A DNA stretch of 64,000 nt from Candidatus Zambryskibacteria bacterium RIFCSPHIGHO2_01_FULL_46_25 (GCA_001825155.1 MHVH01000005.1:70413-134412), one strand, 5' to 3'. Counted from the stretch's first letter, positions 26,511 to 35,783 are shown. Program-made: numbers and translations. Notes: generated from the letters alone by a model not told the origin.

Positions 26511-26804
26511 TTACATCGGTCGGCGATTCATACCGCCGCCATTGCCATTGCGAGGCTCGAGCGGACGCGCGACATTGACGGTGAGTTTCCTGCCCTCGAA
26601 GTCCTGGCCATTGAACATGTCAATCGCCTTCTGAGCTTCCTCTTCGCTAGACATTTCTACGAAGCCGAAACCCTTGGACCTTCCGGTCATGCGGTCAATG
26701 ATAATTGCCGCGGAAACGACGTTTCCAGCCTTCGAGAAAGCTTCTGTCATAGTAGCTTCGGTCGAAGTGTAAGGAATACCGCCAACATATAACTTGGTTG
26801 TCAT
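26511..26804 (-). CDS. RRM-type RNA-binding protein (glycine-rich tail)
   Basis: RNP2 (LYVGGIPY) and RNP1 (KGFGFVEM) motifs. It is preceded by an extended -10 promoter (TGTGATATAAT) and a ~110-nt structured 5' UTR. Confidence 0.8.
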   Translation of the reverse strand: MTTKLYVGGIPYTSTEATMTEAFSKAGNVVSAAIIIDRMTGRSKGFGFVEMSSEEEAQKAIDMFNGQDFEGRKLTVNVARPLEPRNGNGGGMNRRPM

Positions 26805-26970
26805 TTACTTAACTGCCGGCATTATTCTAAAACCATGTAAGTGCCGGCTTTCTCATTTCGCGCTCTCTCGGATTTACCTCGAAGATCACCAGAACGAGAA
26901 CCTTACATGTTTGTATTATATCACACCCAATCATTAGACGCAACGCTGTGGATAAACTTACCCCCACATC

Positions 26971-27171
26971 TCAATCTTGCTTCAGATATGGCTTAATTTT
27001 ACTCCACAGTAGGTGCCTTATACCCAAGAGTTCCAAGCCGACAAGCAGTAGAAACCCAACCGGTGTAAACGGGGTGATGATGGATAGTCCCCCGATAATG
27101 ACCAGAACAATACCAACCACCCTCTTTCTCTTTGGGTTCAAATCCAGGTAATTTTTAATTTTTTCTTTCAC
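26971..27171 (-). CDS. Small hydrophobic membrane protein (66 aa)
   Basis: ORF with 2 predicted TM. Confidence 0.3.
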   Translation of the reverse strand: MKEKIKNYLDLNPKRKRVVGIVLVIIGGLSIITPFTPVGFLLLVGLELLGIRHLLWSKIKPYLKQD

Positions 27172-27174
27172 TTG

Positions 27175-27194
27175 GCGGAAGCGGAGAGATTCGA
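27175..27194. repeat. 20-nt exact duplicate of the tRNA-Ser 3' end (att-like scar)
   Basis: GCGGAAGCGGAGAGATTCGA recurs at ~27301..27320 inside the tRNA. The ~105 bp between the copies carries two perfect hairpins (GGAAGTCC...GGACTTCC and GACAAATTTT...AAAATTTGTC). Confidence 0.5.
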
Positions 27195-27301
27195 TTTTCT
27201 TATGGAAAATTACCAGGAAGTCCCCCGGACTTCCCTTCGAACCTCTCCTTGACTTAAGTATGACAAATTTTAATACAGAGACGTATCAAAATTTGTCATT
27301 G

Positions 27302-27386
27302 CGGAAGCGGAGAGATTCGAACTCTCGATACCTTGCGGCATGCCACGTTTCCAACGTGGTGCACTAGACCACTATGCGACGCTTCC
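27302..27386 (-). tRNA. tRNA-Ser (anticodon GGA), long variable arm
   Basis: Minus strand GGAAGCG-TC-GCA-TAGTGGTCTAG-TGC-A-CCACG-TTGGAAA-CGTGG-CATGCCGCAAGGTAT-CGAGAGTTCGAATCTCTC-CGCTTCC-G. It has a 3-bp D stem and an extra arm typical of tRNA-Ser. Confidence 0.8.
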
Positions 27387-27411
27387 TTTCGGCTTTATTT
27401 ATAGCACAGTT

Positions 27412-28047
27412 CTACGCCACCGCTTCTGGGACAGTGGCGAGAGCGGAATAAGAGACAACTTTGTTCCGACCTGTCTCCTTGGCTCTGTAGAGCGCTTCGT
27501 CGGCGTGTTTGACGAGCGCCTCTAGACCAACACCTTCTTGAGAAGATGCCACACCGGCGCTTATGGTAATTTTGAAACCGGGAATTTCTGTAAATTCCAA
27601 TTCTTCCACCTTCTGCCTAATCTCTTCCGCCTTGGCAGCGGCATCCTGTTCACTCGCGCCTAAGAGGTTCACGATTATCTCCTCCCCGCCCCATCTGGCC
27701 GCCGTGTCCCCTGTTCTTAAACTCACGCTTATAACACTAGCAATCTTCTTAAGTACCACGTCTCCCATGTCGTGCCCGTGCGTATCATTCACTTTTTTGA
27801 AATGGTCTATGTCGAAGAAAATTACCGAAAGATTCCTGAAACCGAAGTGCTGTTTGCGCTGTAGAAAGCCATTTGCCTGCAACTGAAGCTGTTGGCTGAT
27901 AATCTCCAGATAGACGCTTACTTCGTGGTCGAAGAAGGCTCTGGTCTTGAGTCCGGTCAGAGTGTCATGGATAAGATTGTCCTCGAGCTCATCAATCTGA
28001 TGCTCGAGTTCCTTTACCCGCTCTTCTAAAGTCTTATTTTCCATCAC
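27412..28047 (-). CDS. GGDEF-domain diguanylate cyclase with an N-terminal coiled coil
   Basis: The GG(D/E)EF site reads RWGGEEI. Confidence 0.75.
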   Translation of the reverse strand: MMENKTLEERVKELEHQIDELEDNLIHDTLTGLKTRAFFDHEVSVYLEIISQQLQLQANGFLQRKQHFGFRNLSVIFFDIDHFKKVNDTHGHDMGDVVLKKIASVISVSLRTGDTAARWGGEEIIVNLLGASEQDAAAKAEEIRQKVEELEFTEIPGFKITISAGVASSQEGVGLEALVKHADEALYRAKETGRNKVVSYSALATVPEAVA

Positions 28048-28055
28048 TTATTATT

Positions 28056-28769
28056 TTACCATCTTCCGGAGGCGCCACCGCCGCCGGACATACCGCCACC
28101 GAAGCCTCCAAACCTGCCACCACCCTTCCCTCCTCGTCCACCGCCGAAAAAAATAGGAAAGACGGTGCTCTTACCCTGCCTCTTCCTCCTGATATTAATG
28201 AAAATGACGATGAGAATGATGGCAAGATAAACGATGTCAACCCAAGGGAAAGGTTTCTTGGACCGAGGAGGCGGCTCCTCGGTTTCAATATCCGACACAA
28301 TTCTGCTTACAGCCGCCTGCACACCCTCGTCATATCGTTCCTCTTGGAAGGCCGGCGTCAAAACATCGCGGATAATGCCCGCGCTCTCGATATCGGTAAT
28401 AATCGGCTCAAGTCCGTAGCCAACCTCTATCCTCATTTCTCTATCATCTCTTGAGATGAGGAGGAGAAGACCATTATCCTCCTTTGCTTTGCCTATGCCC
28501 CATTTCTGGAAAAGTTCGACGGCGTAAGTCTCGATAGTCTGGTCTGCGCCAAGCGAGGTGATAGTCACCACGGCAATCTCATTGCCGGTCGTTTGTTCAA
28601 ATTGCACGAGTGTCTGCTCCAAGCTAGCCACCGTCTCTGGGCGGAGCATGTTTGCGGTATCGCTGATGTGTCCCGTCAGCGAGATGAGCGCGTAAAGTGG
28701 GATACCAATCAACGAATAGCATACGAATGAAACGAATAAGATTCGTATAATTCGTGGCATTATTCGCAT
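28056..28769 (-). CDS. TPM-domain (TLP18.3/YgcG-like) protein with a Gly-rich C-terminus
   Basis: Signal/TM, then a TPM fold, then a C-terminal GGGRGGKGGGRFGG tail. It is the conserved partner of LemA. Confidence 0.7.
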   Translation of the reverse strand: MRIMPRIIRILFVSFVCYSLIGIPLYALISLTGHISDTANMLRPETVASLEQTLVQFEQTTGNEIAVVTITSLGADQTIETYAVELFQKWGIGKAKEDNGLLLLISRDDREMRIEVGYGLEPIITDIESAGIIRDVLTPAFQEERYDEGVQAAVSRIVSDIETEEPPPRSKKPFPWVDIVYLAIILIVIFINIRRKRQGKSTVFPIFFGGGRGGKGGGRFGGFGGGMSGGGGASGRW

Positions 28770-28781
28770 ATTAGTATCGAG

Positions 28782-29336
28782 CTAGAAATTCACTTGAGGG
28801 GCGTTCTCGGCGCCATTGGCCGCTTCGAAGTAGGAGCGTTCGCCGAAGCCGAACAATCTGGCTAGCATATTCTTCGGAAATCTCTTGACAGTAGTGTTGT
28901 AGGCGCGAATCTCGTCATTGAAGCGAGTGCGCTCCACCGAGACACGGTTCTCGGTCCCTTCAAGCTGTGCCATCAGATCTCGGACATTGCTTGATGATTC
29001 AAGTTGAGGGTAATTCTCGACGATAACCAAGAGCCTGCCCAAAGCGCCTTCGACTTGGCTTGCGGCGGCAGCCTTCTCATCTGGAGTAGTGGCTCCGGCA
29101 TAACGAGTGCGAGCATCCGCGATATCGCCAAAAACAGTTTGCTCCTGAGTGAGAATTGCTTTTACCGAGTTGACGAGATTGGGAATCAGGTCAAATCGTC
29201 TCTGGTACTGCGTCTCCACCTTCGCCCATTGAGCGTCGGCGTTTTCGTTCAATGTAACCAAGCCGTTGTAGCCGGAGAATCCCCATATAGCTAGAATCGC
29301 CACAACCCCGATAAGCACAATAATACTTTTATTCAT
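28782..29336 (-). CDS. LemA-family protein
   Basis: An N-terminal TM and a LemA signature, RRFDLIPNLV...RVSVERTRFNDEIRAYN. Confidence 0.8.
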   Translation of the reverse strand: MNKSIIVLIGVVAILAIWGFSGYNGLVTLNENADAQWAKVETQYQRRFDLIPNLVNSVKAILTQEQTVFGDIADARTRYAGATTPDEKAAAASQVEGALGRLLVIVENYPQLESSSNVRDLMAQLEGTENRVSVERTRFNDEIRAYNTTVKRFPKNMLARLFGFGERSYFEAANGAENAPQVNF

Positions 29337-29389
29337 ATGATTTATTTAATTATTAAAATCATTTTAACACATCTAAAAAGATAGAAAAG

Positions 29390-29788
29390 AAAAAGGGTGG
29401 AGGCTTCAATTGCTAGCCTCCACCCTTACGAACACGGGCTCTGCGTACCCTTTGTCGGGGAATCTCTAGCGGAGCAGTTGCCACGGGCCTTGCTTAGGCG
29501 TTCGGATGCCATGCCTCGCGCTCAAGGCGGGAGGTGCTTACTGGAACATCACTGTTGCCAATCGGCGCTGGGCTGGCCGGTCTACACCGGCCTTTTTCAA
29601 ACACCTCGATTTTGGTCGCGGCGGCGCATCACGAGGATGCGTCGCAGCCACCACCGCTCGAGGTCAGCGGTTTAACGAACGACGAGCACGGAACGTCTCG
29701 GAATCTTCTTTGCTGGGTTCTCGAAAGGAACCCCGCTTAGGTAAATCCCGATGAGAACGACCTCAATCCGGACCCCCTTTCTTTAGCC
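29390..29788 (-). ncRNA. GC-rich structured non-coding RNA (~400 nt) of unknown class
   Basis: On the minus strand: TTGACA, 17 bp spacer, TATGAT promoter at ~29796-29824. An intrinsic terminator, GGGTGGAGGC-N9-GCCTCCACCC then TTTTT, sits at ~29395-29426. There is no ORF of 60 aa or more on the transcribed strand, and no GC3 bias. Several internal hairpins are visible. Confidence 0.35.
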
Positions 29789-29835
29789 TGTATTTATCAT
29801 ACACCCAAACCTGTTTTTTGTCAATGCTTCGCATC

Positions 29836-29899
29836 GCTTCAGGTTCGTTCGGGTTCTGTGTGAGCAAGCTCCCACATTCCCTCGCTGCCTGAAGTCAAG
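29836..29899. repeat. 64-nt conserved intergenic element, copy B, immediately 3' of groEL
   Basis: 61 of 64 positions match copy A at 6250..6313. As with copy A, a short palindrome and then a -35 TTGACA follow it. Confidence 0.6.
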
Positions 29900-29904
29900 T
29901 TCTA

Positions 29905-31572
29905 TTAATAATCCATTCCCCCGTGGGAGTGCGGTAAATCTGGAAAAGGCTTCGCCTTTTCTGGCTCATCCGCTATGGCGACCTCTGTAGTGAGAAGGAT
30001 GGCGACGGCTGAGGCGGCATTCTCAAGCGCCACTCTCGCGACTTTTACCGGGTCGATAATCCCCTCTTCGAACATGTCGGTTACAAACATATCCGTAAGC
30101 GCGTTGTAGCCGGAGTTGGCTTGTCCCTTCATCACTTCATTCAAAACTACTCCATCTTCCTTGCCGGCATTCCTCGCGATTTGGCGCAGAGGTTCCTTGA
30201 GCGCCTCCACCACGGCCATGTAGCCCGCGGCAAACTCTGCCGCCTCCGCGTTCTCGGGAGCGAGTTTGGATTCCTTGGACTCCTTATACTTCGCCTCAAT
30301 TTTCTTTGAAACTTTGGCATAAGCACTGCCGCCACCAGCGACAACTCCCTCGGCAATGGCGGCCTTGGTGGCATTGACGGCATCCTCAATCTTCAATTTC
30401 AAATACTTCATCTCCGTTTCTGTCGCGGCGCCGACCTTGATGACAGCCACACCGCCGGTGAGCTTGCCAATGCGCTCCTTAAGTTTCTCAATATCGAACT
30501 TGGAAACTGAGTTTCCAAGTTGGGCGCGGAGGCTCTCGACTCTCGCAACAATCTCGGCCTTCTTGCCTTTGCCACCTACTATAATCGTAGAGTCCTTCGT
30601 GGAAACCACTCTCGACGCGCGACCGAGCATATTGAATTCCGCCTTTTCGAAAGTGAGACCGACATCTTCCGAAACAACTTTGGCACCAACGGTAGCCGCA
30701 ATGTCCGCCAGCAATTCCTTCTTCTTGTCGCCGTAGCCGGGAGCCTTAATCGCAAGCACATTGAAAGAGCCTCGCAACTTGTTTAAAACAAATGTGGTCA
30801 ACGCTTCCCCATCAACATCTTCGGCGATTATTACAAGGTCTTTCTTATCGCTCGCGGCAAGCTTCTCGAGCAAGGGTAAAATATCCTTGATGACCGAAAT
30901 TTTCCTGTCAGTAATAAGAATGGCCGGGTCCCGATACTCGGCTTCCATCCTCTCGGCATTGGTAATCATATAAGCTGAGATATAGCCCTTGTCGAACTCG
31001 AGCCCTTCGACAATTTCCGAATCAATGCCCATAGACTGGGACTCCTCGACCGTAACCACGCCGTCCTTGCCAATCTTCTTTATGGTATTAGCGATGATTG
31101 TGCCTATCTCTTCCGACTCGGCGGAGATTGTCGCCACTTGCCTCACTTCCGCATCGGCTTTGATGGGCTTCGCCATCTTCTTCAAAGCGTCTATGGCATC
31201 GGCAGCCGCGGCCTCGATACCTCTCCTTATGCCCATGGAATTTGTCCCCGAGGAAGACTTCTTGAATCCCGCTTCGACGAGCGCCTGGGTCAATACAACC
31301 GATGTGGTCGTACCGTCACCGGCGGCGTCATTGGTCTTCGTCGCCACCTCCTTCACAATCTCGGCGCCCATGTTCTCGAACTTGTCGGCAAGCGTTATTT
31401 CCTTGGCAATGGTTACACCATCATTGGTAATAGTCGGCGCGCCATAGCCCTTGTCGAGAACGACGTTTCTGCCTCTCGGACCAATGGTAATCCTCACCGC
31501 GTCAGCAACCGCATCCACTCCGCGCTTAAGCGCCTCCCTGGCATCCTGATTAAAAAGTATTTTCTTTGCCAT
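29905..31572 (-). CDS. groL: Chaperonin GroEL (divergent C-terminus)
   Basis: 555 aa with AAGDGTTT and other GroEL blocks. Confidence 0.9.
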   Translation of the reverse strand: MAKKILFNQDAREALKRGVDAVADAVRITIGPRGRNVVLDKGYGAPTITNDGVTIAKEITLADKFENMGAEIVKEVATKTNDAAGDGTTTSVVLTQALVEAGFKKSSSGTNSMGIRRGIEAAAADAIDALKKMAKPIKADAEVRQVATISAESEEIGTIIANTIKKIGKDGVVTVEESQSMGIDSEIVEGLEFDKGYISAYMITNAERMEAEYRDPAILITDRKISVIKDILPLLEKLAASDKKDLVIIAEDVDGEALTTFVLNKLRGSFNVLAIKAPGYGDKKKELLADIAATVGAKVVSEDVGLTFEKAEFNMLGRASRVVSTKDSTIIVGGKGKKAEIVARVESLRAQLGNSVSKFDIEKLKERIGKLTGGVAVIKVGAATETEMKYLKLKIEDAVNATKAAIAEGVVAGGGSAYAKVSKKIEAKYKESKESKLAPENAEAAEFAAGYMAVVEALKEPLRQIARNAGKEDGVVLNEVMKGQANSGYNALTDMFVTDMFEEGIIDPVKVARVALENAASAVAILLTTEVAIADEPEKAKPFPDLPHSHGGMDY

Positions 31573-31590
31573 ACTATTTACTATCTACTG

Positions 31591-31887
31591 TTACTTAATA
31601 ACTGCCAATACATTCTCTTCTTTAATAAGATAGAATTCCTCGCCATCCAGCTCAATCTCGTCGTAAGAATATTTGGAGAAAAAGACGACATCGCCCGCCT
31701 TCACCTTCTTGCCCTCGCCCACGGCAACCACTTTTCCATGGGCGGATTTCTCATTGACGACAGCGTCGGGGAGAATAATTCCGTAGGAAGGCTTCTTACC
31801 CTTGAGCTCCTCGGCGGTAAACGGCTTGACCAACACCCTGTCTCCTATAGGAATAATTTTGCCTTTTTTTACTGGTTTTTTCTGCAT
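31591..31887 (-). CDS. groS: Co-chaperonin GroES
   Basis: 98 aa including PIGDRVLVK and a mobile loop. Confidence 0.9.
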   Translation of the reverse strand: MQKKPVKKGKIIPIGDRVLVKPFTAEELKGKKPSYGIILPDAVVNEKSAHGKVVAVGEGKKVKAGDVVFFSKYSYDEIELDGEEFYLIKEENVLAVIK

Positions 31888-31993
31888 ATTTTTGGATTCG
31901 ATTCCTTAATCGGCTCAAATTGTATTCTTTAAAAGCGTGAAGTCAAATTGCCAACTTAATAAATCGGAGTATAATAGCGTGGTACAGGTAATG

Positions 31994-32218
31994 GCCCAGA
32001 TTCTTCCCTACATACAAATTGTTTTGAGCGTTCTGCTCATCGCTCTCATCCTGCTTCAACGCTCCGAGGCTAGTCTTGGCGCCGCGTTCGGCGGGGATTC
32101 TTCGACGGGAAATCGCTTCACCAGGAGAGGCTTCGAGAAAACGCTTTTCAAAGGCACGATTCTGGTCGCCGCCCTTTTCGCGTTATCCGCTTTCGCTTCC
32201 CTACTTCTCGGTCGATAA
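31994..32218 (+). CDS. secG: Preprotein translocase subunit SecG
   Basis: The start is trimmed to MAQILPYIQIVLSV.... Two TM with an intervening GAAFGG loop. Confidence 0.65.
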   Translation, partial: AQILPYIQIVLSVLLIALILLQRSEASLGAAFGGDSSTGNRFTRRGFEKTLFKGTILVAALFALSAFASLLLGR

Positions 32219-32298
32219 CTTAAATGCGTTACAAAGAAATACGGGCGCTTCTTCTGAAGCGCTTCCACATACCGAAGGCTCGAGCCATTTCAAGAACT

Positions 32299-33981
32299 AT
32301 GCGGTCTTTCACCATGGCGGAGAAAGCAGTTTTCTATTTCTTCGCAAGTGTTTTCATCCTTTCTGGCTTCATCATGGCATGGCAGGTGAGCGAAGCCTTT
32401 CTCGTCGAGGTGCCTATCCGGGGTGGAACGCTCGCGGAGGGTGTGGTGGGTAATCCTCGTTTTATCAATCCGGTGCTCGCCCTATCGGAAGCGGACAAGA
32501 ACCTGACAGCCGTCGTCTACTCTGGTCTCGTAAGGCTCACGCCAGAAGGCTTGATTACGAACGATCTTGCCAGTCAAGTCCAGATTTCTAAAGATGAGCG
32601 CGTTTATACCGTAACCATTAGCAAAGACGCCCGCTTCCACGACGACGCGCCGGTAACGGCTGACGACATAATTTTCACCATCAGTAAGATTGCCGACCCT
32701 GTCATCAAGAGTCCGCGCCGAGGCAATTGGGACGGTGTCGCGGTGGAAAAGGTCGATGAACGCACGGTAACCTTCACACTGAAGAAGGCTTATACTCCAT
32801 TTATTTACAACCTGACGACCGGCATTCTTCCCAAGCATATTTGGAATAATGTCTCAAACGACGAGTTTTCCTTCAGTCAATTCAACACCTTGCCGGTTGG
32901 CTCCGGACCGTTTGAGGTCGTGAGAGTAGACAGAAACAAGGGAGGTATTCCGGACTATTACATGCTTAAACCCAACAGCCACACGTCGGGGCGCGAGCCT
33001 TATATTGAGAACCTGGTTTTCCATTTCTATCCATCGGAGACGGCGCTCATAGACGCCTACAACAACGGCACGGTCGACTCGGTAAGCGGCATTTCTCCGG
33101 AAAATGTTGCCAAGGTAAATTCGCACGGATCGCAAGTTATCCACTCACCTCTTCCCAGGATATTTGCCGTCTTTTTCAACCAGACGAAGTCTAAGGCGCT
33201 CGCGAACCTGGGGGTAAGACGGGCGCTTGATCTCGCCGCTCCGAAAGAGAGAATAGTCGAAGATATTCTTGGCGGCTATGCTACGCCTATCGATGGCCCC
33301 ATCCCTGCTGGTATTTACGACTGGAGTATTGGTGGAACGAATATGAAATCTCCCGAAGAGAGATTGGAACTTGCTCGACAAATGCTTTCGAAAGATGGCT
33401 GGGTACTCAATTTAGAGAACGGGGTGTTGGAAAAGAAGAGCGGATCTGCTATCATTACTTTGTCGTTTTCCATCTCTACTGGCGATGTGCCCGAATTGAG
33501 GCAAGTGGCGGAAGAACTTAAGGGCGCGTGGGAAAAGCTGGGTGCCAAGGTCGATATTCTGGTGTACGAAACCGGCGACCTGAATCAAAACGTCATCCGC
33601 CCGAGGCAGTTTGAAAGTCTCCTCTTCGGAGAAGTGGTGGGCAGAGATGCGGACGTTTATCCCTTCTGGCATTCCTCGCAGAGAAACGACCCGGGATTGA
33701 ACATCGCTCTCTATGCAAATACAAAAGCGGACAAATTGCTCGAGAACGCCCGTTCAACAAGCGACAAGAAATCGGCCGAGAAAAATTACAAAGCCTTTTA
33801 TGAAGAGATTAGAAATGATTCGCCGGCCGTATTTCTTTACACGCCGAGTTTCCTTTACATAGTTCCGGAGAATCTCAAGGCGGTTAATCCTGGCCCATTG
33901 GCGATCACACAGGACAGATTCCTCGGTATAAGAGATTGGTATATTGAAACCGACAAAGTTTGGAAAATATTCCTTAATTGA
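32299..33981 (+). CDS. ABC-transporter substrate-binding protein, family 5 (Opp/Dpp-like), membrane-anchored; orphan with no adjacent permease
   Basis: An N-terminal TM, then the SBP_bac_5 architecture. The start is chosen at MRSFTMAEK.... Confidence 0.75.
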   Translation: MRSFTMAEKAVFYFFASVFILSGFIMAWQVSEAFLVEVPIRGGTLAEGVVGNPRFINPVLALSEADKNLTAVVYSGLVRLTPEGLITNDLASQVQISKDERVYTVTISKDARFHDDAPVTADDIIFTISKIADPVIKSPRRGNWDGVAVEKVDERTVTFTLKKAYTPFIYNLTTGILPKHIWNNVSNDEFSFSQFNTLPVGSGPFEVVRVDRNKGGIPDYYMLKPNSHTSGREPYIENLVFHFYPSETALIDAYNNGTVDSVSGISPENVAKVNSHGSQVIHSPLPRIFAVFFNQTKSKALANLGVRRALDLAAPKERIVEDILGGYATPIDGPIPAGIYDWSIGGTNMKSPEERLELARQMLSKDGWVLNLENGVLEKKSGSAIITLSFSISTGDVPELRQVAEELKGAWEKLGAKVDILVYETGDLNQNVIRPRQFESLLFGEVVGRDADVYPFWHSSQRNDPGLNIALYANTKADKLLENARSTSDKKSAEKNYKAFYEEIRNDSPAVFLYTPSFLYIVPENLKAVNPGPLAITQDRFLGIRDWYIETDKVWKIFLN

Positions 33982-33998
33982 AAATTCTAAATTAAAAA

Positions 33999-35783
33999 TT
34001 GAAAATTATGAACCCTACTACCTTCACCCATAGTCTCCGGCAAAAAAGCATGAGAAGGCATTCGAATAACCCTATTCCGCAGAAGAAGCCCCACGATGTC
34101 ATTCCACCCATTAATGACGCTTTGCGCATCATTCCTCTCGGCGGTGTCGAAGAAATTGGCAAGAATATGACCGTCATCGAATACGGAAACGACATTATTA
34201 TCGTCGATGCCGGCATTCAGTTTTCCGACCCGGAAACTCCCGGTGTCGACTATATCCTCCCCAACATCAAATACCTGGAAGACAGGAAGGACCACATCCG
34301 AGCTCTCATCATCACCCACGGCCACCTGGACCACATTGGTGGCATTCCCTATCTCATAACCCGCCTTGGCAACCCCCCTATCTATACGCGCGAATTCGGC
34401 TCTCTCCTTATAAGAAAACGTCAAGAAGAATTCCCCCAGCTCGCTCCTCTTGATATCCGCATCGTCGAGGCAAGCGACAAATCTATTCCGATTACGCCCA
34501 ATTTCAAAGTGCGCTTCTTCGGTCTGACCCACTCTATCCCAGACTCGACTGGTGTCATCATCGAGACGCCATTCGGTGACATCGTCAATACCGGCGACGT
34601 CCGCGTGGAAAATGAAGCCGGTGTGCCTGTGGAAAAAGAGATAGAACAATACAAAATTTTCAAAGATCGGAATGTCCTCCTCTTTACCATGGATTCGACC
34701 GGCATCGACAAGCCAGGCTTCTCACCCTCCGAGGCCTCAATTCTCAAAAATATCGACGGCATAGTGGCCCAGGCTCCCGGTCGCGTCATCATTGCCACCT
34801 TCGCCTCGCAGGTCGAGCGCATTATCGAGTTTCTAAACAGCGCCAGGCGCTACGGCAAAAAAGTGGTCATAGAAGGCCGCAGTATGAAAACAAACATCGA
34901 CATCATCAAGCACTTAAATCTGGTTAACATCGACCACATAGTCCCAATCGAAGATATAGAGAAGTATCCGCCCAATAAAATCATGATGATTGCCACAGGC
35001 GCTCAGGGCGAGGAATTCGCCGCGCTCATGAGAATGTCGAACAAAACTCACAAGTTTATCCGCCTTCAGCGCTCGGACACCATCATCCTCTCTTCGTCCG
35101 TTATCCCCGGCAACGACCGCGCCGTAGAGAAACTTAAAGACAATCTCTTCAGGCATGACGCGAGAATCATTACTTATCTCGATTCAGACGTGCACACATC
35201 GGGACACGGCAAGCGCGGCGAACTAGAGTGGGTCCACAAGCAGGTTCCTTACAAATTCTTTATGCCCGTCCACGGTAGCCATTTCCGCCTCAAGATGCAC
35301 GCGGAACTCGCCGCCAATCTTGGCTGTCCGCGAGAAAATATCATAGTTCCAGACAACGGCTCAATAATCGAACTTAGAAATGGTGGTACCGAGTTCGTGA
35401 AGCTTCCTGAGAAAGCACCATCGGATGATATGGTGGTGGAGGGACTCAATATCGGCGATATTTCCGAGGTGGTTATTCGCGACAGGAAGATGCTCTCCGG
35501 CGACGGTATCTTCGTTGTCATCGCTCTCGTCAACTCCAGAAGCGGACGACTCAAGAAGTCCCCCGACATTATCGCCAGAGGCTTCGTTTACTTGCGTGAA
35601 TCGCAAGAGCTTCTAAGCGAAGCAAGGAGCATCATCAAGCGCTCTATCGAATCGATAACCGTCGGCGCCCAGCCCATCAACTTCGACATGGCGAAAAACG
35701 CGGTGAGCGAAGACATCTCCCGCTTTCTCTTTCAGAAAACCGCCAAAAAGCCGATTGTGATACCAGTGATACTAGGCGTTTAG
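33999..35783 (+). CDS. rnj: Ribonuclease J (metallo-beta-lactamase/beta-CASP)
   Basis: HGHLDHIG motif, a beta-CASP domain and a C-terminal domain. The true start may be a downstream Met. Confidence 0.85.
   Translation: MKIMNPTTFTHSLRQKSMRRHSNNPIPQKKPHDVIPPINDALRIIPLGGVEEIGKNMTVIEYGNDIIIVDAGIQFSDPETPGVDYILPNIKYLEDRKDHIRALIITHGHLDHIGGIPYLITRLGNPPIYTREFGSLLIRKRQEEFPQLAPLDIRIVEASDKSIPITPNFKVRFFGLTHSIPDSTGVIIETPFGDIVNTGDVRVENEAGVPVEKEIEQYKIFKDRNVLLFTMDSTGIDKPGFSPSEASILKNIDGIVAQAPGRVIIATFASQVERIIEFLNSARRYGKKVVIEGRSMKTNIDIIKHLNLVNIDHIVPIEDIEKYPPNKIMMIATGAQGEEFAALMRMSNKTHKFIRLQRSDTIILSSSVIPGNDRAVEKLKDNLFRHDARIITYLDSDVHTSGHGKRGELEWVHKQVPYKFFMPVHGSHFRLKMHAELAANLGCPRENIIVPDNGSIIELRNGGTEFVKLPEKAPSDDMVVEGLNIGDISEVVIRDRKMLSGDGIFVVIALVNSRSGRLKKSPDIIARGFVYLRESQELLSEARSIIKRSIESITVGAQPINFDMAKNAVSEDISRFLFQKTAKKPIVIPVILGV

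Noticed and set aside
29397-29754. Three overlapping plus-strand ORFs (92, 82, 68 aa) in the GC-rich region between lemA and groEL
   Set aside because: These are overlapping frames of a GC-rich segment with no GC3 bias, no SD and no homology. The region reads better as a minus-strand promoter-to-terminator non-coding transcript.
29390-29788. Identification of the GC-rich RNA as RNase P RNA, tmRNA or SRP RNA
   Set aside because: I looked for GGAAAGUCCGG and ACAGARCCCGGCUUA (RNase P). I looked for a tRNA-like 3' end with a T-loop and CCA plus an ...AA* tag ORF (tmRNA). I looked for the GGAA-capped helix 8 with AGCAGCC (SRP). Only weak partial resemblances turned up, so the class is left open.
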